From an uncultured Actinomycetes bacterium (GTDB lineage Bacteria > Actinomycetota > Coriobacteriia > Anaerosomatales > PHET01): DNA of 64,000 bases. The stretch lies in contig CAMTUW010000010.1 of the NCBI GenBank assembly GCA_947085035.1, positions 2,356-66,355 of the forward strand, in the 5' to 3' direction. Shown piece after piece: positions 35,801 through 45,650 of this stretch; position 1 is the first letter of the stretch, and each line of letters opens with the position of its first letter. The translations under genes were made by a program, and so were the position numbers. Under the pieces are notes generated by a model. The model had not been told where the DNA came from, made no database searches, and saw only the letters and a program-made list of their open reading frames with translations.

Positions 35801-37625
35801 TCTTGTCAATCGTCAGTGCCGACGTGATGAAGAGGTTCCCGAAGTCCTTACCGGTGATATTCGAACCATTGGCGACCGAGAAGCTGCCTGTCGGCTCGAC
35901 CAAGGCCAACCAGCCGGACTTCTGGACCTCGTAGACCTTGTACGAACCAGGAATCACGCCGGCGAAGCTGTAGGCGCCACCGGCCCCTGTGACAACCTGC
36001 GCGTATGTGGTCTCCACCGAACCGACGACCCGCTTCAGCACGATGTCCCAGCCGGGCAGGCCCGCGCTTGAAGCCGAGTCGAACTTGCGGCCGCTGACCG
36101 ATGAGTCATACGTGAAGGAGTTCGTCCGGTTGGCGTTCAAGGTCTCATTCGGCGATGTGCCAAGGAGGACATCGGCGCCACCGTAACTCACGAACCAACT
36201 GATGTTGGTGATGCTCGCCCCCATGGGTACCGATACGGAAGCCGTGTAGGGACCTGAGCCTATTAAGTTCGTGGTGACTGCAGGAGCGCCGTTGACCGAG
36301 TAGCGCACGAACGGCACTCCGCCCACAGGCACAGCATCGATCGACAGCGACCACGTCTTGATGACGTCAGGCACGTAGTTGCCGACTACGATGTTCCTGA
36401 CCTCATCGCGAGCAAGCGACAGGCTCATGGGGAGTGGTGTGGAGTTCGTCCACGGTGTCTGCAGCGTCTCGTTCAGACTGTAGTCACCTGCAAGAAGCCC
36501 CGTGAACGTGAACGCCCCGCCAGCGCCGGAAGTAGCGGTCGCTGTGAACGGGAACTCGCCCAGGTAGTTCAATGTGAACTGCCAACCGCTCAGGCCCGGC
36601 TCGTTCGTCTGCTTCACACCGTCACGATTGATGTCATGGAACTTGACGCCCCGGATCTCACCCTTGGGCGCGGCCTGCTTGCCAACGGGAACAGAGATCG
36701 TGTTCTGACCGACGCCATCACCGTTCCACGTGATGAAGCGGCCCTGCGCGCTCGAGCCTGGGTACTCCATGGCGCCGAAGCGCGGGGTGGGCCTTGACTG
36801 CCAGTACGGAGTGAGAGCGAGATGCACTTGGAAGTAGACGACCCCGTAAGACCCTTTGGGGATCACGAGGTCGCTTGAGGGAGTGCTCATCTCCACGTTG
36901 TAGTACTGGGTCCCCGGACCGACGTACTCGGAGAAGTACGAAGATATGTCCTGCGATCCCGCGGGATACGGGACCGCGTTCGTCAGAGTCGAGCCCGGAG
37001 TGGCGAAGAACCGGAAGTCGCGTGCGCCGTCAACGGCGATGGCGTTCTTGCCGGTGTCCAGATAGTCCCACGCCGTCTTGAAGCCCGGGAAGCGCAGGTC
37101 TCCAGCGCCGCCCGTGTTGTCGACGACTATTCGAACGGGAATCCAATCCCCCTCCTTATACTCGCCGAGATTCGATTTCTGCCAGCCCACTTGTGACGCA
37201 GGCGAAACGCGCCACGCCTCCCAGTCGGCGCTCGTGAAACCAGCGTACGGGGCTGTCGAAAGAACCGAGAGGGCGCTCATCGGCGCCATCCTCAGTACTG
37301 CTGCCGGGGCTTGGGGCTCATCGCCCGAGCCTGTTGACGTGTCTGCCGACCCCTCCTGTGCGTCACCGGACTCGGGCTCTGTCGTCGTCGGGGCAGCTTC
37401 GACCGAAGGGTCGGGCGCTGGATCCGATGACGTCTTGCCCTCGTCCGGCGTGCCGACGTCAGGTACGGGAACCTCTGCTACCGGAACCGACTCGTTTGAG
37501 TTCGACTCTGATACCGGAGGGGCCGCGAAGCCTGAGCCGGCGAGTGACAGGGTGAAGGTCATGGCGACGAATGCTGACATGACTCGCATGAACATGCTGT
37601 CGCGCCTGTACAGTGAGTGTGTCAT
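32886..37625 (-). CDS. giant cell-wall-anchored surface protein: signal peptide, Pro/Glu-rich spacer, 2 SdrD-B/Cna-B-like domains, ~9 DUF11-type repeats, LPxTG-like sorting signal
   Basis: 1579 aa. The ATG at 37625 has GGAGG 9 nt upstream. Signal MFMRVMSAFVAMTFTLSLAGSGFAAPP. The repeated pattern xIxKxxxP...VxYTYxVxNxGDxxLxxVxVTDDKLG is the DUF11 'conserved repeat domain'. The C-terminus is LPFTGG, then a hydrophobic helix, then RRLGRSFVS. Confidence 0.85.
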   Translation of the reverse strand: MTHSLYRRDSMFMRVMSAFVAMTFTLSLAGSGFAAPPVSESNSNESVPVAEVPVPDVGTPDEGKTSSDPAPDPSVEAAPTTTEPESGDAQEGSADTSTGSGDEPQAPAAVLRMAPMSALSVLSTAPYAGFTSADWEAWRVSPASQVGWQKSNLGEYKEGDWIPVRIVVDNTGGAGDLRFPGFKTAWDYLDTGKNAIAVDGARDFRFFATPGSTLTNAVPYPAGSQDISSYFSEYVGPGTQYYNVEMSTPSSDLVIPKGSYGVVYFQVHLALTPYWQSRPTPRFGAMEYPGSSAQGRFITWNGDGVGQNTISVPVGKQAAPKGEIRGVKFHDINRDGVKQTNEPGLSGWQFTLNYLGEFPFTATATSGAGGAFTFTGLLAGDYSLNETLQTPWTNSTPLPMSLSLARDEVRNIVVGNYVPDVIKTWSLSIDAVPVGGVPFVRYSVNGAPAVTTNLIGSGPYTASVSVPMGASITNISWFVSYGGADVLLGTSPNETLNANRTNSFTYDSSVSGRKFDSASSAGLPGWDIVLKRVVGSVETTYAQVVTGAGGAYSFAGVIPGSYKVYEVQKSGWLALVEPTGSFSVANGSNITGKDFGNLFITSALTIDKSGPALAHVGDVITYRIEVTNSGNYALTNVVVTDPLLGLNRNLGTLASGASQTINATRTVLAGDPDPLPNTARVDGTPIIGAPIFAQDGHSVDILKPAISVKKTAAPTRAVNPADVEYTYVVTNSGQDTLYDVTLSDDKLAVPGAAIGTMAPGQTVTLTAEAVLTTTTTNVATVRGDDALALRVTDRDEAMVQVFNPALSIVKSASSGVVLPGGEVIYTYLVKNEGDIALFGIEVTDDKLGPVGVIPALAPGASDTVSITTNLAEDTTNVGAATGWYGTPETEFYGSVTDSSEASVRVVSPKVEIDKQGSPNPTIKGGMVTYTYVVENVGDVVLYDLVVTDDKLGGIGTIPMLGVGQSSTLTAGVALFDTTENLGEVTGRDQYQHRVSDSDSATVEVFDPRIRIEKTVDRERVVVGDTVVYTYTIENTGDIMLHDVVVTDDILGEIGTIEHLMPGAPTQLTKSAVISGDVTNIGTVEASYGTEETDFAGSVLATDPASVDALSPSFTVEKSASPSPVVSGSTVEYTFTVTNTGDAPLYSLMVHDDKLGHIGTIDELPVGGEPVTLTKSAVLDETTTNVVTVTGYDEFENEYSETDTVTVQVFNPGISILKSASSNVVLSGTPVTYTFLVKNEGDIALFNIAVTDDILGPVGTIPALAPGASDTVSIIQAIAADVTNIGTATGWYGTPETEFYGSVDSSEPEFVDVVAPAIGVVKTVSPTEIVLGESVVYTYVVSNLGDVDLFNVALTDDKLGVVGTLASLPIEGEPVTFTMTASPAEPTTNVVVATAVDAAGHEVRGEDDAFVDVALPFTPKPDMSIEKSANKTRAIAGDTVIYTVTYENVGDGDASGITIVDDFDERYVTVTNAGGGSVAGGRITWEVAGPLSPEAGPQEFTYSVRIDSDLPDSVTRIDNVVVVTTPGDDNSTNDRDDWRVQTGEPFLPFTGGEWTLLALAALAAGALGVALRRLGRSFVS
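33040..35820 (-). repeat. tandem array of ~9 DUF11-type coding repeats, including a recently duplicated pair
   Basis: The units begin LTIDKSGP, ISVKKTAAP, LSIVKSASS, VEIDKQGSP, IRIEKTVDR, FTVEKSASP, ISILKSASS, IGVVKTVSP and MSIEKSANK. Units at ~34905..35230 and ~33690..34006 share long, nearly identical DNA runs, for example cccgtagaactccgtctcgggagtgccgtaccagcc in both. Confidence 0.8.
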
Positions 37626-37706
37626 CGCCGCTCACCTCCTGCCATGATCTGGCCGGAGACACGTCTCGCCTGCAGGGGGTACGGTCGAGACGTCTGAAGA
37701 ACGACG

Positions 37707-37796
37707 AAAACCGACCTGCTCTCCTTGGAGAGTCCTGGGTCGGTTTCACTATTAGCTCCCCGCTGACGAGATGAGTGACCAGTGTGCGGTCAGCGG
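37707..37796 (-). promoter_or_regulatory. structured leader of the surface-protein gene: hairpin plus terminator-like hairpin with U-tract
   Basis: Minus strand: CCGCUGAC(N21)GUCAGCGG at 37760..37796. Then AAACCGACC-CAGGACUCUCCAAGGAGAGCA-GGUCGGUUU at 37707..37746, with an inner CUCUCC/GGAGAG stem, followed by UUUUCGUCGUUCUUC. This sits about 70 nt before the RBS and ATG at 37625. Confidence 0.5.
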
Positions 37797-38026
37797 ATCA
37801 ATGCTTCCCATGGATTGAAGAAGATCCTGTATGGAAACGTGTCAACCGGCGCTCCGCCGTGTGAGATACGTCACAATTCGCACCTCACCCCATATTTACC
37901 CAATGAGCCGGTCTTAAACATCGCTCTTTCAGTGCTATTTCTTCACATCCTCACTTCACCCCTCACGAAGCGTCAGTTTCGCGCGCATAACGACGAACCG
38001 CCATGGCGATGCGTTAGCCATCCTCG

Positions 38027-38929
38027 TCAGCGAGGCGAGGGGGATCTGCGAGAGCGCCGCAGCACGCGTTGCACCTGCGTGTCCGCGAGGTTGAGCGCCT
38101 CGACGGCGATCCACAGCGTGACGAAGTACGCGAGCAGATACTGCGTGCTCTCGAGCCCCGCTAGCATCGGGGAGCGCTGCACCGCGTAGTGGATGAGGTA
38201 CGCCGGGAACGACAGCAGGCTCAGGTGGGCCATCACACGTAGCACGCCCTCTGGCCACGAGGCCATCCGGCGCTGTAGCCAACCCACGACCCAGGCCGAT
38301 CGCATGAGTGCGATGCCAAGCCCGAACTCGAAGACCCTCGCGAACGTGAACCAGTCTGCGGCGCGCGACGTTGGCCAATAGCGGTACAAAAGCACACGCG
38401 ACAGGAGCGACACCGCCAGCAGGACCGCCAGCGTGATGCCCGGCCGACTCCGCATGGCGGCCGACAGCCACGGGAACAGCAGGTAGAGCGTGAATATGAC
38501 GCCGATGAACCAGCCGGTTGGAAGTACCATATCGGTCCACGGACGGCCGGTGAACGCGAAAAGGCCAGCGGCGTCCAGTATCCACGAGACGACGTCGGCG
38601 CCGTGGCCGCGAGCCGCCTCGAAGCCCATGATCAGCGGAGTGACGGCCATCGACATCCAGTAGACCGGGTAGATGCGGGCAAAGCGCCTTCGCAAGAAGG
38701 TGAACGCGTAAGCGCGCGGATCGGGGTGGTTGTACTCGAGGACGGCTCCGCTCAGCACTATGAGGAACGTGACACCCAGCCCGCCCAACGTGACGTAGTA
38801 GATCCCGGGCAGGCCGAAGGCATTGCCGAAAGGGTGGTCGAACCGCTGGAGGAGGTGCACTCCGATGACGAGCGCCACGCCAAGAATCCGCCACAGGTCG
38901 AAAAGCGGAATCCTCGCCTTGACCGTCAT
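38027..38929 (-). CDS. acyltransferase family 3 (membrane O-acyltransferase)
   Basis: ORF 38027..38956 trimmed to the ATG at 38929. MTVKARIPLFDLWRILGVALVIGVHL.. and about 9-10 TM helices, typical of Acyl_transf_3. Confidence 0.75.
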   Translation of the reverse strand: MTVKARIPLFDLWRILGVALVIGVHLLQRFDHPFGNAFGLPGIYYVTLGGLGVTFLIVLSGAVLEYNHPDPRAYAFTFLRRRFARIYPVYWMSMAVTPLIMGFEAARGHGADVVSWILDAAGLFAFTGRPWTDMVLPTGWFIGVIFTLYLLFPWLSAAMRSRPGITLAVLLAVSLLSRVLLYRYWPTSRAADWFTFARVFEFGLGIALMRSAWVVGWLQRRMASWPEGVLRVMAHLSLLSFPAYLIHYAVQRSPMLAGLESTQYLLAYFVTLWIAVEALNLADTQVQRVLRRSRRSPSPR

Positions 38930-38961
38930 GTCACCTCTACTATCGGATTCCCTCACCGGTT

Positions 38962-41373
38962 CTAAACGTCATTCTTCGGCACAGACTTCTTGCCTGGGTT
39001 CTTAGGGTCCGCTGCTCCGTTACGACGCTTCGCCGGGGCGCAGTTCTTCACCAAGGCAAGCGAGAGGACCTCGTCCATCCCGGACACCGGAACGATAGCC
39101 ATGTCCTCACGCACATGCGGAGGCAACAGGTCGAGATCGCGGACGTTGTCCTTCGGGACGATCACCGTGGTGATGCCGGCCCGGTGAGCGGCAAGTAGCT
39201 TCTCCTTCAATCCGCCGATGGGCAGCACTCGACCACGCAAGGTGATCTCGCCCGTCATCGCTATGTCTTTGCGCACAGGGCACCCCATGACGACCGAGGC
39301 AATGGCGACGGCCATCGTGATTCCCGCGCTGGGGCCGTCCTTCGGAATCGCCGCAGCAGGCACGTGGATATGCAGATCGACCTCGTCCGGGAACCCGGGG
39401 GCGATACCCAGGTCCTTCGCGCGCGTACGGATGTAGGACAGCGCGGCGGTGGCGGATTCGCGCATCACCTCGCCCAGCTGACCGGTGAGGATCACCTTGC
39501 CCTTCCCGGGCATGACCGTGGCCTCGATGAAGATCACATCTCCGCCGACCTCGGTCCACACGAGTCCGGTCGAGACACCGATCTCGTCTTTCTCCTCGGC
39601 CAGTCCGAATGAGAACCTGGGCGGACCCAGGTACTTGTGGAGCGTACGGGCACTCGCGACGGTCTTTCCCTTGCGGCCCTCGACCACTTTGCGGGCTATC
39701 TGGCGACATACGGCCGCGATCGTGCGCTCGAGATTTCGCACGCCGGCCTCACGCGTGTGACGGCGGATGATCTCGCTCAAACCGTCTCCGCGAATCTCCA
39801 ACTTCCCGGGCGTGAGCCCGTGTTCCCGGAGCTGCTTGGGAACCAGATACTTCTGCGCGATGTGGAGCTTCTCGTCTTCCGTGTAGCCTGGGAAATGAAT
39901 GACCTCCATGCGGTCGCGCAGTGGTGCGGGGATGGGGTCCAACAGGTTCGCGGTCGTGATGAACATGACGTCTGAGAGGTCGAACGGCACCTCGAGGTAG
40001 TGGTCCTGGAAGGCGTTGTTCTGCTCGGGGTCGAGCACCTCCAGAAGAGCCGACGTGGGGTCGCCTCGGAAGTCCATCCCCACCTTGTCGATCTCATCCA
40101 TCATGAAAACGGGGTTTCGCGTCTTGGCCTGACTGATCTGCTGGACGATGCGCCCCGGCAGCGCGCCCACGTAGGTGCGACGATGACCACGGATCTCCGC
40201 CTCGTCACGAACACCGCCGAGCGAGATGCGGATGAACTCACGGTTCAACGAGCGGGCGATCGATTTGCCGATGGATGTCTTGCCAACACCCGGAGGCCCG
40301 ACGAAACACAGGATCGGCCCGCGCATCTTGTCAGTGAGCTTGTGGACAGCCAGGTACTCGAGTACCCGCTCCTTCACCTTCTCCAGACCGTAGTGATCAT
40401 GGTCCAGGATCGCTTGAGCGGCCACCAGGTCGAGCTTCTCTTCGGATTCGGCGTTCCAAGGCATGCCGATCAGCCAGTCCAGATAGGTGCGGATGACGCC
40501 GGTCTCGGCGCTTGCCGGCGGCATCTTCTCGAGACGGCCCAGCTCCTTGAGCGCCTTTTCCTCGACAGGCTCCGGCATCACCGCGGCGCGGATCTTCTCG
40601 GTGTACTCGTCGATCTCGGCTTGGGCCTCGTCGAACGTGCCGAGCTCCTGCTGGATGGCCTTGAGCTGCTCGCGCAAGAAGTACTCGCGCTGTGACTTGC
40701 TCATCTGCTCCTTGACGCGACTCTGGATCTTCGAGCCCAACTCGAGGATCTCGAGTTCCTTTCGCAGGAAACGCGACGCACGCTCGAGACGGTCTCGCGG
40801 TACGACAGCCTCGAGAATCTCTTGCTTCTCCTCGGTCTTCAGGTTCAAGTGGAAGGAGACGAAGTCGCCCAACCGGCCCGGCTCTTCGATGGCGGATGAC
40901 GCGACGAGAACCTCTTGTGGGATCGGTTTGCCCAACTCCGAGGCCTTCTCGAAGTCATTGATGAGCGCGCGCATGAGCGCCTCGGTCTCGACGTCGATCT
41001 CGTTGCTCTCGGGAATCGGTTCGACACGAACGATGAAGTACGGCTCCGTCTGAACGTACTCGAGGATGCGAAAGCGCTGCTTGCCCTCGACAAGCGCTTT
41101 GGCGGTGCCGTCGGGGAGCTTGAGCTCCTGCATCACCGTGGCGATGCAGCCGATCTCGTAGATGTCTGCGGAGTCGGGATCCTGGGTCTCCGCCGACTTC
41201 TGGGTGGCCAGCGCCACGTAGTGATCCGCGCGCATGGCCTCCTCGAGCGCGCGGATCGAGCGCTCGCGGCCCACGAACAGCGGCACGACGAGATTCGGGA
41301 ACAAGATGAGATCGCGCAGCGGAATGAGCGGCAGCAGCTCGGGTATCTCATTGACGTGGTGGCTCTGTGACAT
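38962..41373 (-). CDS. lon: ATP-dependent Lon protease
   Basis: ORF 38962..41772 trimmed to the ATG at 41373 ([39 protein letters not shown]). Walker [10 protein letters not shown]. Protease motif [12 protein letters not shown]. Confidence 0.93.
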   Translation of the reverse strand: MSQSHHVNEIPELLPLIPLRDLILFPNLVVPLFVGRERSIRALEEAMRADHYVALATQKSAETQDPDSADIYEIGCIATVMQELKLPDGTAKALVEGKQRFRILEYVQTEPYFIVRVEPIPESNEIDVETEALMRALINDFEKASELGKPIPQEVLVASSAIEEPGRLGDFVSFHLNLKTEEKQEILEAVVPRDRLERASRFLRKELEILELGSKIQSRVKEQMSKSQREYFLREQLKAIQQELGTFDEAQAEIDEYTEKIRAAVMPEPVEEKALKELGRLEKMPPASAETGVIRTYLDWLIGMPWNAESEEKLDLVAAQAILDHDHYGLEKVKERVLEYLAVHKLTDKMRGPILCFVGPPGVGKTSIGKSIARSLNREFIRISLGGVRDEAEIRGHRRTYVGALPGRIVQQISQAKTRNPVFMMDEIDKVGMDFRGDPTSALLEVLDPEQNNAFQDHYLEVPFDLSDVMFITTANLLDPIPAPLRDRMEVIHFPGYTEDEKLHIAQKYLVPKQLREHGLTPGKLEIRGDGLSEIIRRHTREAGVRNLERTIAAVCRQIARKVVEGRKGKTVASARTLHKYLGPPRFSFGLAEEKDEIGVSTGLVWTEVGGDVIFIEATVMPGKGKVILTGQLGEVMRESATAALSYIRTRAKDLGIAPGFPDEVDLHIHVPAAAIPKDGPSAGITMAVAIASVVMGCPVRKDIAMTGEITLRGRVLPIGGLKEKLLAAHRAGITTVIVPKDNVRDLDLLPPHVREDMAIVPVSGMDEVLSLALVKNCAPAKRRNGAADPKNPGKKSVPKNDV

Positions 41374-41457
41374 GCGGCTGGGGGTCCTTTCACGAGGGCA
41401 TGCGATAATCATTGCCCATACACGCCCAATGGTACACGTCCCCGGCCCGGCTCGTCG

Positions 41458-43554
41458 GTGGCCGATGACGATGGAGACGCCTTGACCGGTCGAGAGCATC
41501 ACAGCATCGCGCGCCGTGGTTCGAGATGTACGTGGCTCGCAGCGCTCGTCCTCGCCGTCATGGTCTTCTCGGCGTCCCCGACGCCTGCCGAGCCTCGTCC
41601 GGGCGACAGTGTCGCCGGTGTCCCGACGGCGAGAGGGATGGCTGGCCCGGCGACGTTCGCGTTGCGCTCGGACTCTGTGTCGATCGCATCGGGCGAGGAG
41701 TTCGCCTTCACCGCCATCGCGCAAGTCCCCGAGGGGACCGACAGTGTGACGATGCGTTTCCAGCTCAAACACCCCACAGGCAAGCTGATCTTCCAGCGCA
41801 CTCGAATCGTGAACGAGCCAACGTCTCGCCGGGTCGAGGAACCCTTCTCACGCGAGACCGGCGACCTTTCGCTTCGACCGGGCCTCTACCCCGTGACCCT
41901 CGCTGCCAGCGCGCGTATCGACGGAACGGTGCACGAGACCGTCGTCGAGTCCTTCCTGCTGGTGTTCGATCCGGACGCGACCGCGGTTCCCGTCGTGTTC
42001 GTCGCCAGGATCAGCGGAGCCCCTCTCTCGGATTCCCAGGGCCGCTTCGTCTCCGATCCGGGCCGGTTCACCCGGACGCTCGACGAGGCCGGGAGCCTCG
42101 CTTCTTGGGTGATCGCGAATCCGTGGGCGAGGATCACCGTCGCGATCCCTCCGCTGCTTCTCGAGGAGTGGGTCCGCATCGCCGGCGGATTCGAGCTTGT
42201 CGGCCCCGAGGGCGTGGAAGACGTCTCGGCCGACTCTGCGGTCGCTCGTGAGTACGCCGCGACGCTCGGGCTGCTCACGGCGGCCATCGAGACCGGCAGG
42301 CTGGAACTCGCCGCGATCGGCTTCGCTGACCCCGACATCCGCGGCCTCGAGTCGGCGGGACTGACCGACGACCTCGTCGCGCACTACGAAAGCGGCCTGT
42401 CCTCCACGTTCGCCTCGCTCAAGACCTCTCCGTCGACCGGAACGGTCCCGGCTGGCGGGTGTCTGCCGGAGAAAGCGGCTCACGCGCTTGAAACGGCGGG
42501 AATCGGGTACGCGGTGGTCGACGCCGACTGCGTGCGCTCGAAGGAGACGTCCGTGGCGCCGTCATCGTACAGAGTGGTCGGCAGCGGAGTCGTGGCGCTC
42601 GTTTCCGATGCGGGCGTCTCGCAGGCGGTTGCCTCGGGGGATGCGGCTCTTCTCGTCGACAGCGCCTTTCGGCGTCTGCTGTCGGGAAGCACGGGGCCGC
42701 TCACGATCTCGGTCGTATTGGGGCCCGGATCCTCGGATGCCGCGAAGCTGATCGCGTGCGCCACATCCCTCGCGCCGCATCGTTGGGTATCGATGCGCAC
42801 CGGTCGCGAAGCCGCCTCTCGACCGAAACGCACGGTCAAGCTCGTGGAGAGAGGACCCAAGGGCTCGGCGCCCGATGGCTACTGGGCCGACGTCGCCGAC
42901 GCGCGTCGATGGGCGGGCGCTTTGCGAGCGGCGATCGGGGACGCGGCCGCCGAGACGGTGATAGCTGAGCGCAGTTCGCTCATCGCGGCCTCGTCGACGT
43001 GGGCGGGCGCCGACGATGGCTGGGTTCTCGCCGACAGAGGGCGCACGTTCGCCGACACCGCCACGAGATTGGGCCGCGAGGTACTCTCGAAGGTGACGGC
43101 CTCGGTCGAGCCGATCACACTTGCGGGTACCGCCGGGGACCTGCCGGTCACCATCAGCAACGATTCCGGGCGTGCGCTTGATGTTCGGATGGTGGCCCGA
43201 ACGAGCAAGGGTGTGACCGTCCAGGGCTCCGACTCGGTCACGATGACCCTCGACCCGCAGGACAACTTCGTGAAGATCCCCATCGCTTTGAGCAACGTGG
43301 TCGAAGGCGAGGTCCGTGTCGCCGTCCTCGCGGGCGCCGTCGAGCTGAGCTCGAAGACGGTCACCGTGCGTGCCTCGTACTTGGACAGAATCGCGCTTGT
43401 AGGGGGAATCGTCTTGATGATGATTGGAGTTCTCGTGTTCATCATCAGGAGAGTGCGTGCGCAAGAGGCCGCCATGGATGCCACGAGTTCCGGCGAGCGA
43501 TACACTGACCGGGACCGGCGCTCTTCAACCGTGACTGAGAAAGGCTTCCGATGA
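41458..43554 (+). CDS. large exported protein with C-terminal membrane anchor (function unknown)
   Basis: 698 aa, GTG start. N-terminal hydrophobic segment [20 protein letters not shown]-terminal [21 protein letters not shown]. Its position upstream of trxB-trxA recalls the actinobacterial Rv3909-type (DUF6049) neighbourhood; this is inference, not verified. Confidence 0.55.
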   Translation: MADDDGDALTGREHHSIARRGSRCTWLAALVLAVMVFSASPTPAEPRPGDSVAGVPTARGMAGPATFALRSDSVSIASGEEFAFTAIAQVPEGTDSVTMRFQLKHPTGKLIFQRTRIVNEPTSRRVEEPFSRETGDLSLRPGLYPVTLAASARIDGTVHETVVESFLLVFDPDATAVPVVFVARISGAPLSDSQGRFVSDPGRFTRTLDEAGSLASWVIANPWARITVAIPPLLLEEWVRIAGGFELVGPEGVEDVSADSAVAREYAATLGLLTAAIETGRLELAAIGFADPDIRGLESAGLTDDLVAHYESGLSSTFASLKTSPSTGTVPAGGCLPEKAAHALETAGIGYAVVDADCVRSKETSVAPSSYRVVGSGVVALVSDAGVSQAVASGDAALLVDSAFRRLLSGSTGPLTISVVLGPGSSDAAKLIACATSLAPHRWVSMRTGREAASRPKRTVKLVERGPKGSAPDGYWADVADARRWAGALRAAIGDAAAETVIAERSSLIAASSTWAGADDGWVLADRGRTFADTATRLGREVLSKVTASVEPITLAGTAGDLPVTISNDSGRALDVRMVARTSKGVTVQGSDSVTMTLDPQDNFVKIPIALSNVVEGEVRVAVLAGAVELSSKTVTVRASYLDRIALVGGIVLMMIGVLVFIIRRVRAQEAAMDATSSGERYTDRDRRSSTVTEKGFR

Positions 43555-44681
43555 GCAAGGTCGTGATCCTCGACACAAACGTCTTACTCGCCGACCCCAA
43601 CGCGCTGTTGGGCTTCCCTCACGCCGACGTGGTGATTCCGGAGCCCGTGTTGGGAGAGCTCGACAAGCTCAAGACCGCGCGCGTGGACCCGGACCTTCGT
43701 TTTCGCGGGCGCGAGGTCAGCCGGATTCTCTTCGAGCTCTCGGAGGACGGATCCCTCATCGACGGCGTGGCCCTTCCCGACGGAGGAACCCTGCGCGTGG
43801 CGCCAATGCCCGAGAGCGCCGGGCTGCCGGATGGACTCTCGCTCAGGCAGACCGACGACAGGATCCTCGCTACCGCCTATCAGGTCTGCGCATCAAAGCC
43901 GGACTGCGAGGTCGTACTCGTGACGAACGACCTCAACATGCTTTTGAAAGCGCAGACGCTGGGAATCTCGGTGCACCGTCACGGCGAGGGCGTGGAAGGC
44001 GGCTTCGCGCGGCGCTACATCATCCGGCCCTTCCAGCGCTACAAGATACCGCTCGGGATCCTCGCCATCGCTGTCGCCGTGTTCGCCGCGATCGTGGTCA
44101 TCGTGATCACCACGCGCCCGCAGGCGGCCGACGTCGCCACCCTTCCTCCTGAGTTCAAGCAGCTGCTCTCCCCCGCCCAGCAGACGGCTTTCGACTCTCT
44201 CCTGATTCTGCGCAGCGCCCCCAACGACCCTGAAGCGCTGCTGTCGATGGGCAACTTCTACTACGGTCTGACCGAGCAGGCGCGCATCACCAACGACCCG
44301 GCCGGCCAGCTGCGGTGGGCACAGCCGGGGATTCGCTACTACCAGCGATACCTCACCGTCTCCCCCACCGACAACGACGCCCGCGCGGACTTCGCCACCG
44401 TCTTGTTCTACTCGGGACAGACCGACCGCGCGATCCAAGAGATCGGCAAAGTGCTCGAGAGCGATCCGAACCACGTGAACGCCAATTTCAACCTGGGCGT
44501 CATCACGCTGAACGGGCGAAAGGATCCGCAGGCCGCTCGCGAGCAGTTCGTGCAGGTGGTCAGACTCACTGCGAACAAGCCGGACCAGCACCTCATCAAA
44601 GAGCAGGCCCAGCACCTGATCGAACAGATCGACAAGGACCTCGCGGGGAGCCGCTCGTCAACCGAAGGAGTGGTGCAGTGA
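43551..44681 (+). CDS. PIN-domain protein with TM helix and C-terminal TPR repeats
   Basis: 376 aa. ATGA overlap with the upstream stop. PIN: VVILDTNVLLADP..TDDRILATAY..LVTNDLNMLLKA. TM: IPLGILAIAVAVFAAIVVIVI. TPR-like: ALLSMGNFYY..YYQRYL..ADFATVLFYSGQTDRAIQ. Confidence 0.7.
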   Translation: MSKVVILDTNVLLADPNALLGFPHADVVIPEPVLGELDKLKTARVDPDLRFRGREVSRILFELSEDGSLIDGVALPDGGTLRVAPMPESAGLPDGLSLRQTDDRILATAYQVCASKPDCEVVLVTNDLNMLLKAQTLGISVHRHGEGVEGGFARRYIIRPFQRYKIPLGILAIAVAVFAAIVVIVITTRPQAADVATLPPEFKQLLSPAQQTAFDSLLILRSAPNDPEALLSMGNFYYGLTEQARITNDPAGQLRWAQPGIRYYQRYLTVSPTDNDARADFATVLFYSGQTDRAIQEIGKVLESDPNHVNANFNLGVITLNGRKDPQAAREQFVQVVRLTANKPDQHLIKEQAQHLIEQIDKDLAGSRSSTEGVVQ

Positions 44682-45625
44682 CTCCCGAGGCCATTGACGT
44701 CGCGATCGTCGGAGGCGGCCCAGGAGGCCTCGCGGCAGCTCTCTACGCCGCGCGCGGTCGCGCCAAGACGGTCGTGTTCGAGCGGGGCATCCCCGGCGGG
44801 CAGATCATCACCACCGACCACGTCGAGAACTATCCGGGCTTCCCGGGCGGCCTTTCAGGAGCTGAGCTTGGCGACCTGATGACCAGGCAGGCCGAGGAGC
44901 ACGGCGCTGTCATCCGCACCTTCTCGCCCGTCGAGAAGGTGGTCCAGCAAGACAACGGCCGCTTCTTGCTCGAGTGCGAAGGCGAGCAGTTCGACGCTGC
45001 GACGGTGATCCTCGCCCCCGGCGCCATCCCCCGAAAGCTGGGAGTGCCCGGTGAGGCCCAGTTCACGGGCCGCGGCGTCTCCTGGTGCGCGACATGCGAC
45101 GGAGCCCTCTTCAGAGACAAGATCGTAGCAGTCGTTGGAGGAGGCGACGCGGCGGTCGAGGAGGCGATGTTCCTGACCAAGTTCGCGGCGCGCGTTCACC
45201 TCATCCACCGCCGAGACGAGTTGCGCGCGACCAAGTGTCTGCGGGAGCGATGTTTCGCCAACGAGAAGGTCGAGGTGCACTGGAATCGCACCGTGGCAGA
45301 GATCGTCGGCACCGACAGCAAGGTGACCGGCGTGCTGCTCGAATCGACCGTGGGTGAGTCCGTGAAGAGTCTCGCCCTCGACGGCGTCTTCATCTTCGTG
45401 GGAATCCATCCGGTCAACGAACTCGCCGAGGGACTGTGCGAACTCACCGAAACCGGGTACATCAAGGTGGACCACGACGGGCGCACGAACATTCCGGGCC
45501 TCTTCGCAGCCGGTGACGTCACCGATTCTGAGTTGAAGCAGGTAATAACCGCTGCGGCCAAAGGTGCCTCGGCGGCGTTTGAGGCAGTACGCTACATTGA
45601 CAGCGGCGAAGTATGTTCCATCTGA
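44678..45625 (+). CDS. trxB: thioredoxin-disulfide reductase
   Basis: The long ORF 44315.. trimmed to the GTG at 44678 (AAGGAG 7 nt upstream; GTGA overlap with the PIN-TPR stop). Motifs: DVAIVGGGPGGLAAA, the redox site CATCDG and GGGDAAVEEA. Confidence 0.92.
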   Translation: MTPEAIDVAIVGGGPGGLAAALYAARGRAKTVVFERGIPGGQIITTDHVENYPGFPGGLSGAELGDLMTRQAEEHGAVIRTFSPVEKVVQQDNGRFLLECEGEQFDAATVILAPGAIPRKLGVPGEAQFTGRGVSWCATCDGALFRDKIVAVVGGGDAAVEEAMFLTKFAARVHLIHRRDELRATKCLRERCFANEKVEVHWNRTVAEIVGTDSKVTGVLLESTVGESVKSLALDGVFIFVGIHPVNELAEGLCELTETGYIKVDHDGRTNIPGLFAAGDVTDSELKQVITAAAKGASAAFEAVRYIDSGEVCSI

Positions 45626-45650
45626 CGGCAGGAAACGAAAGGGGAATCTC

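Noticed and set aside
37626-38026. c-di-GMP riboswitch (GEMM-I/II) in the adhesin leader, given the many c-di-GMP genes nearby.
   Set aside because: I could not find the conserved GEMM features (GNRA tetraloop/receptor pair, ..GCAAAGCC../..GGCAAACC.. blocks) or the class II pseudoknot motifs. The leader stays as an unclassified structured element in the findings.
41374-41772. N-terminal extensions in the ORF track: lon +133 aa, HD-GYP 24281..27166 +107 aa, dnaX +54 aa, purH +54 aa, trxB +121 aa, cbiO +197 aa, hypE +56 aa, and others.
   Set aside because: The track reports the longest ORF. In each case an internal ATG or GTG with a Shine-Dalgarno sequence coincides with the conserved N-terminus of the family. 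The extension either overlaps the upstream gene or has junk composition.
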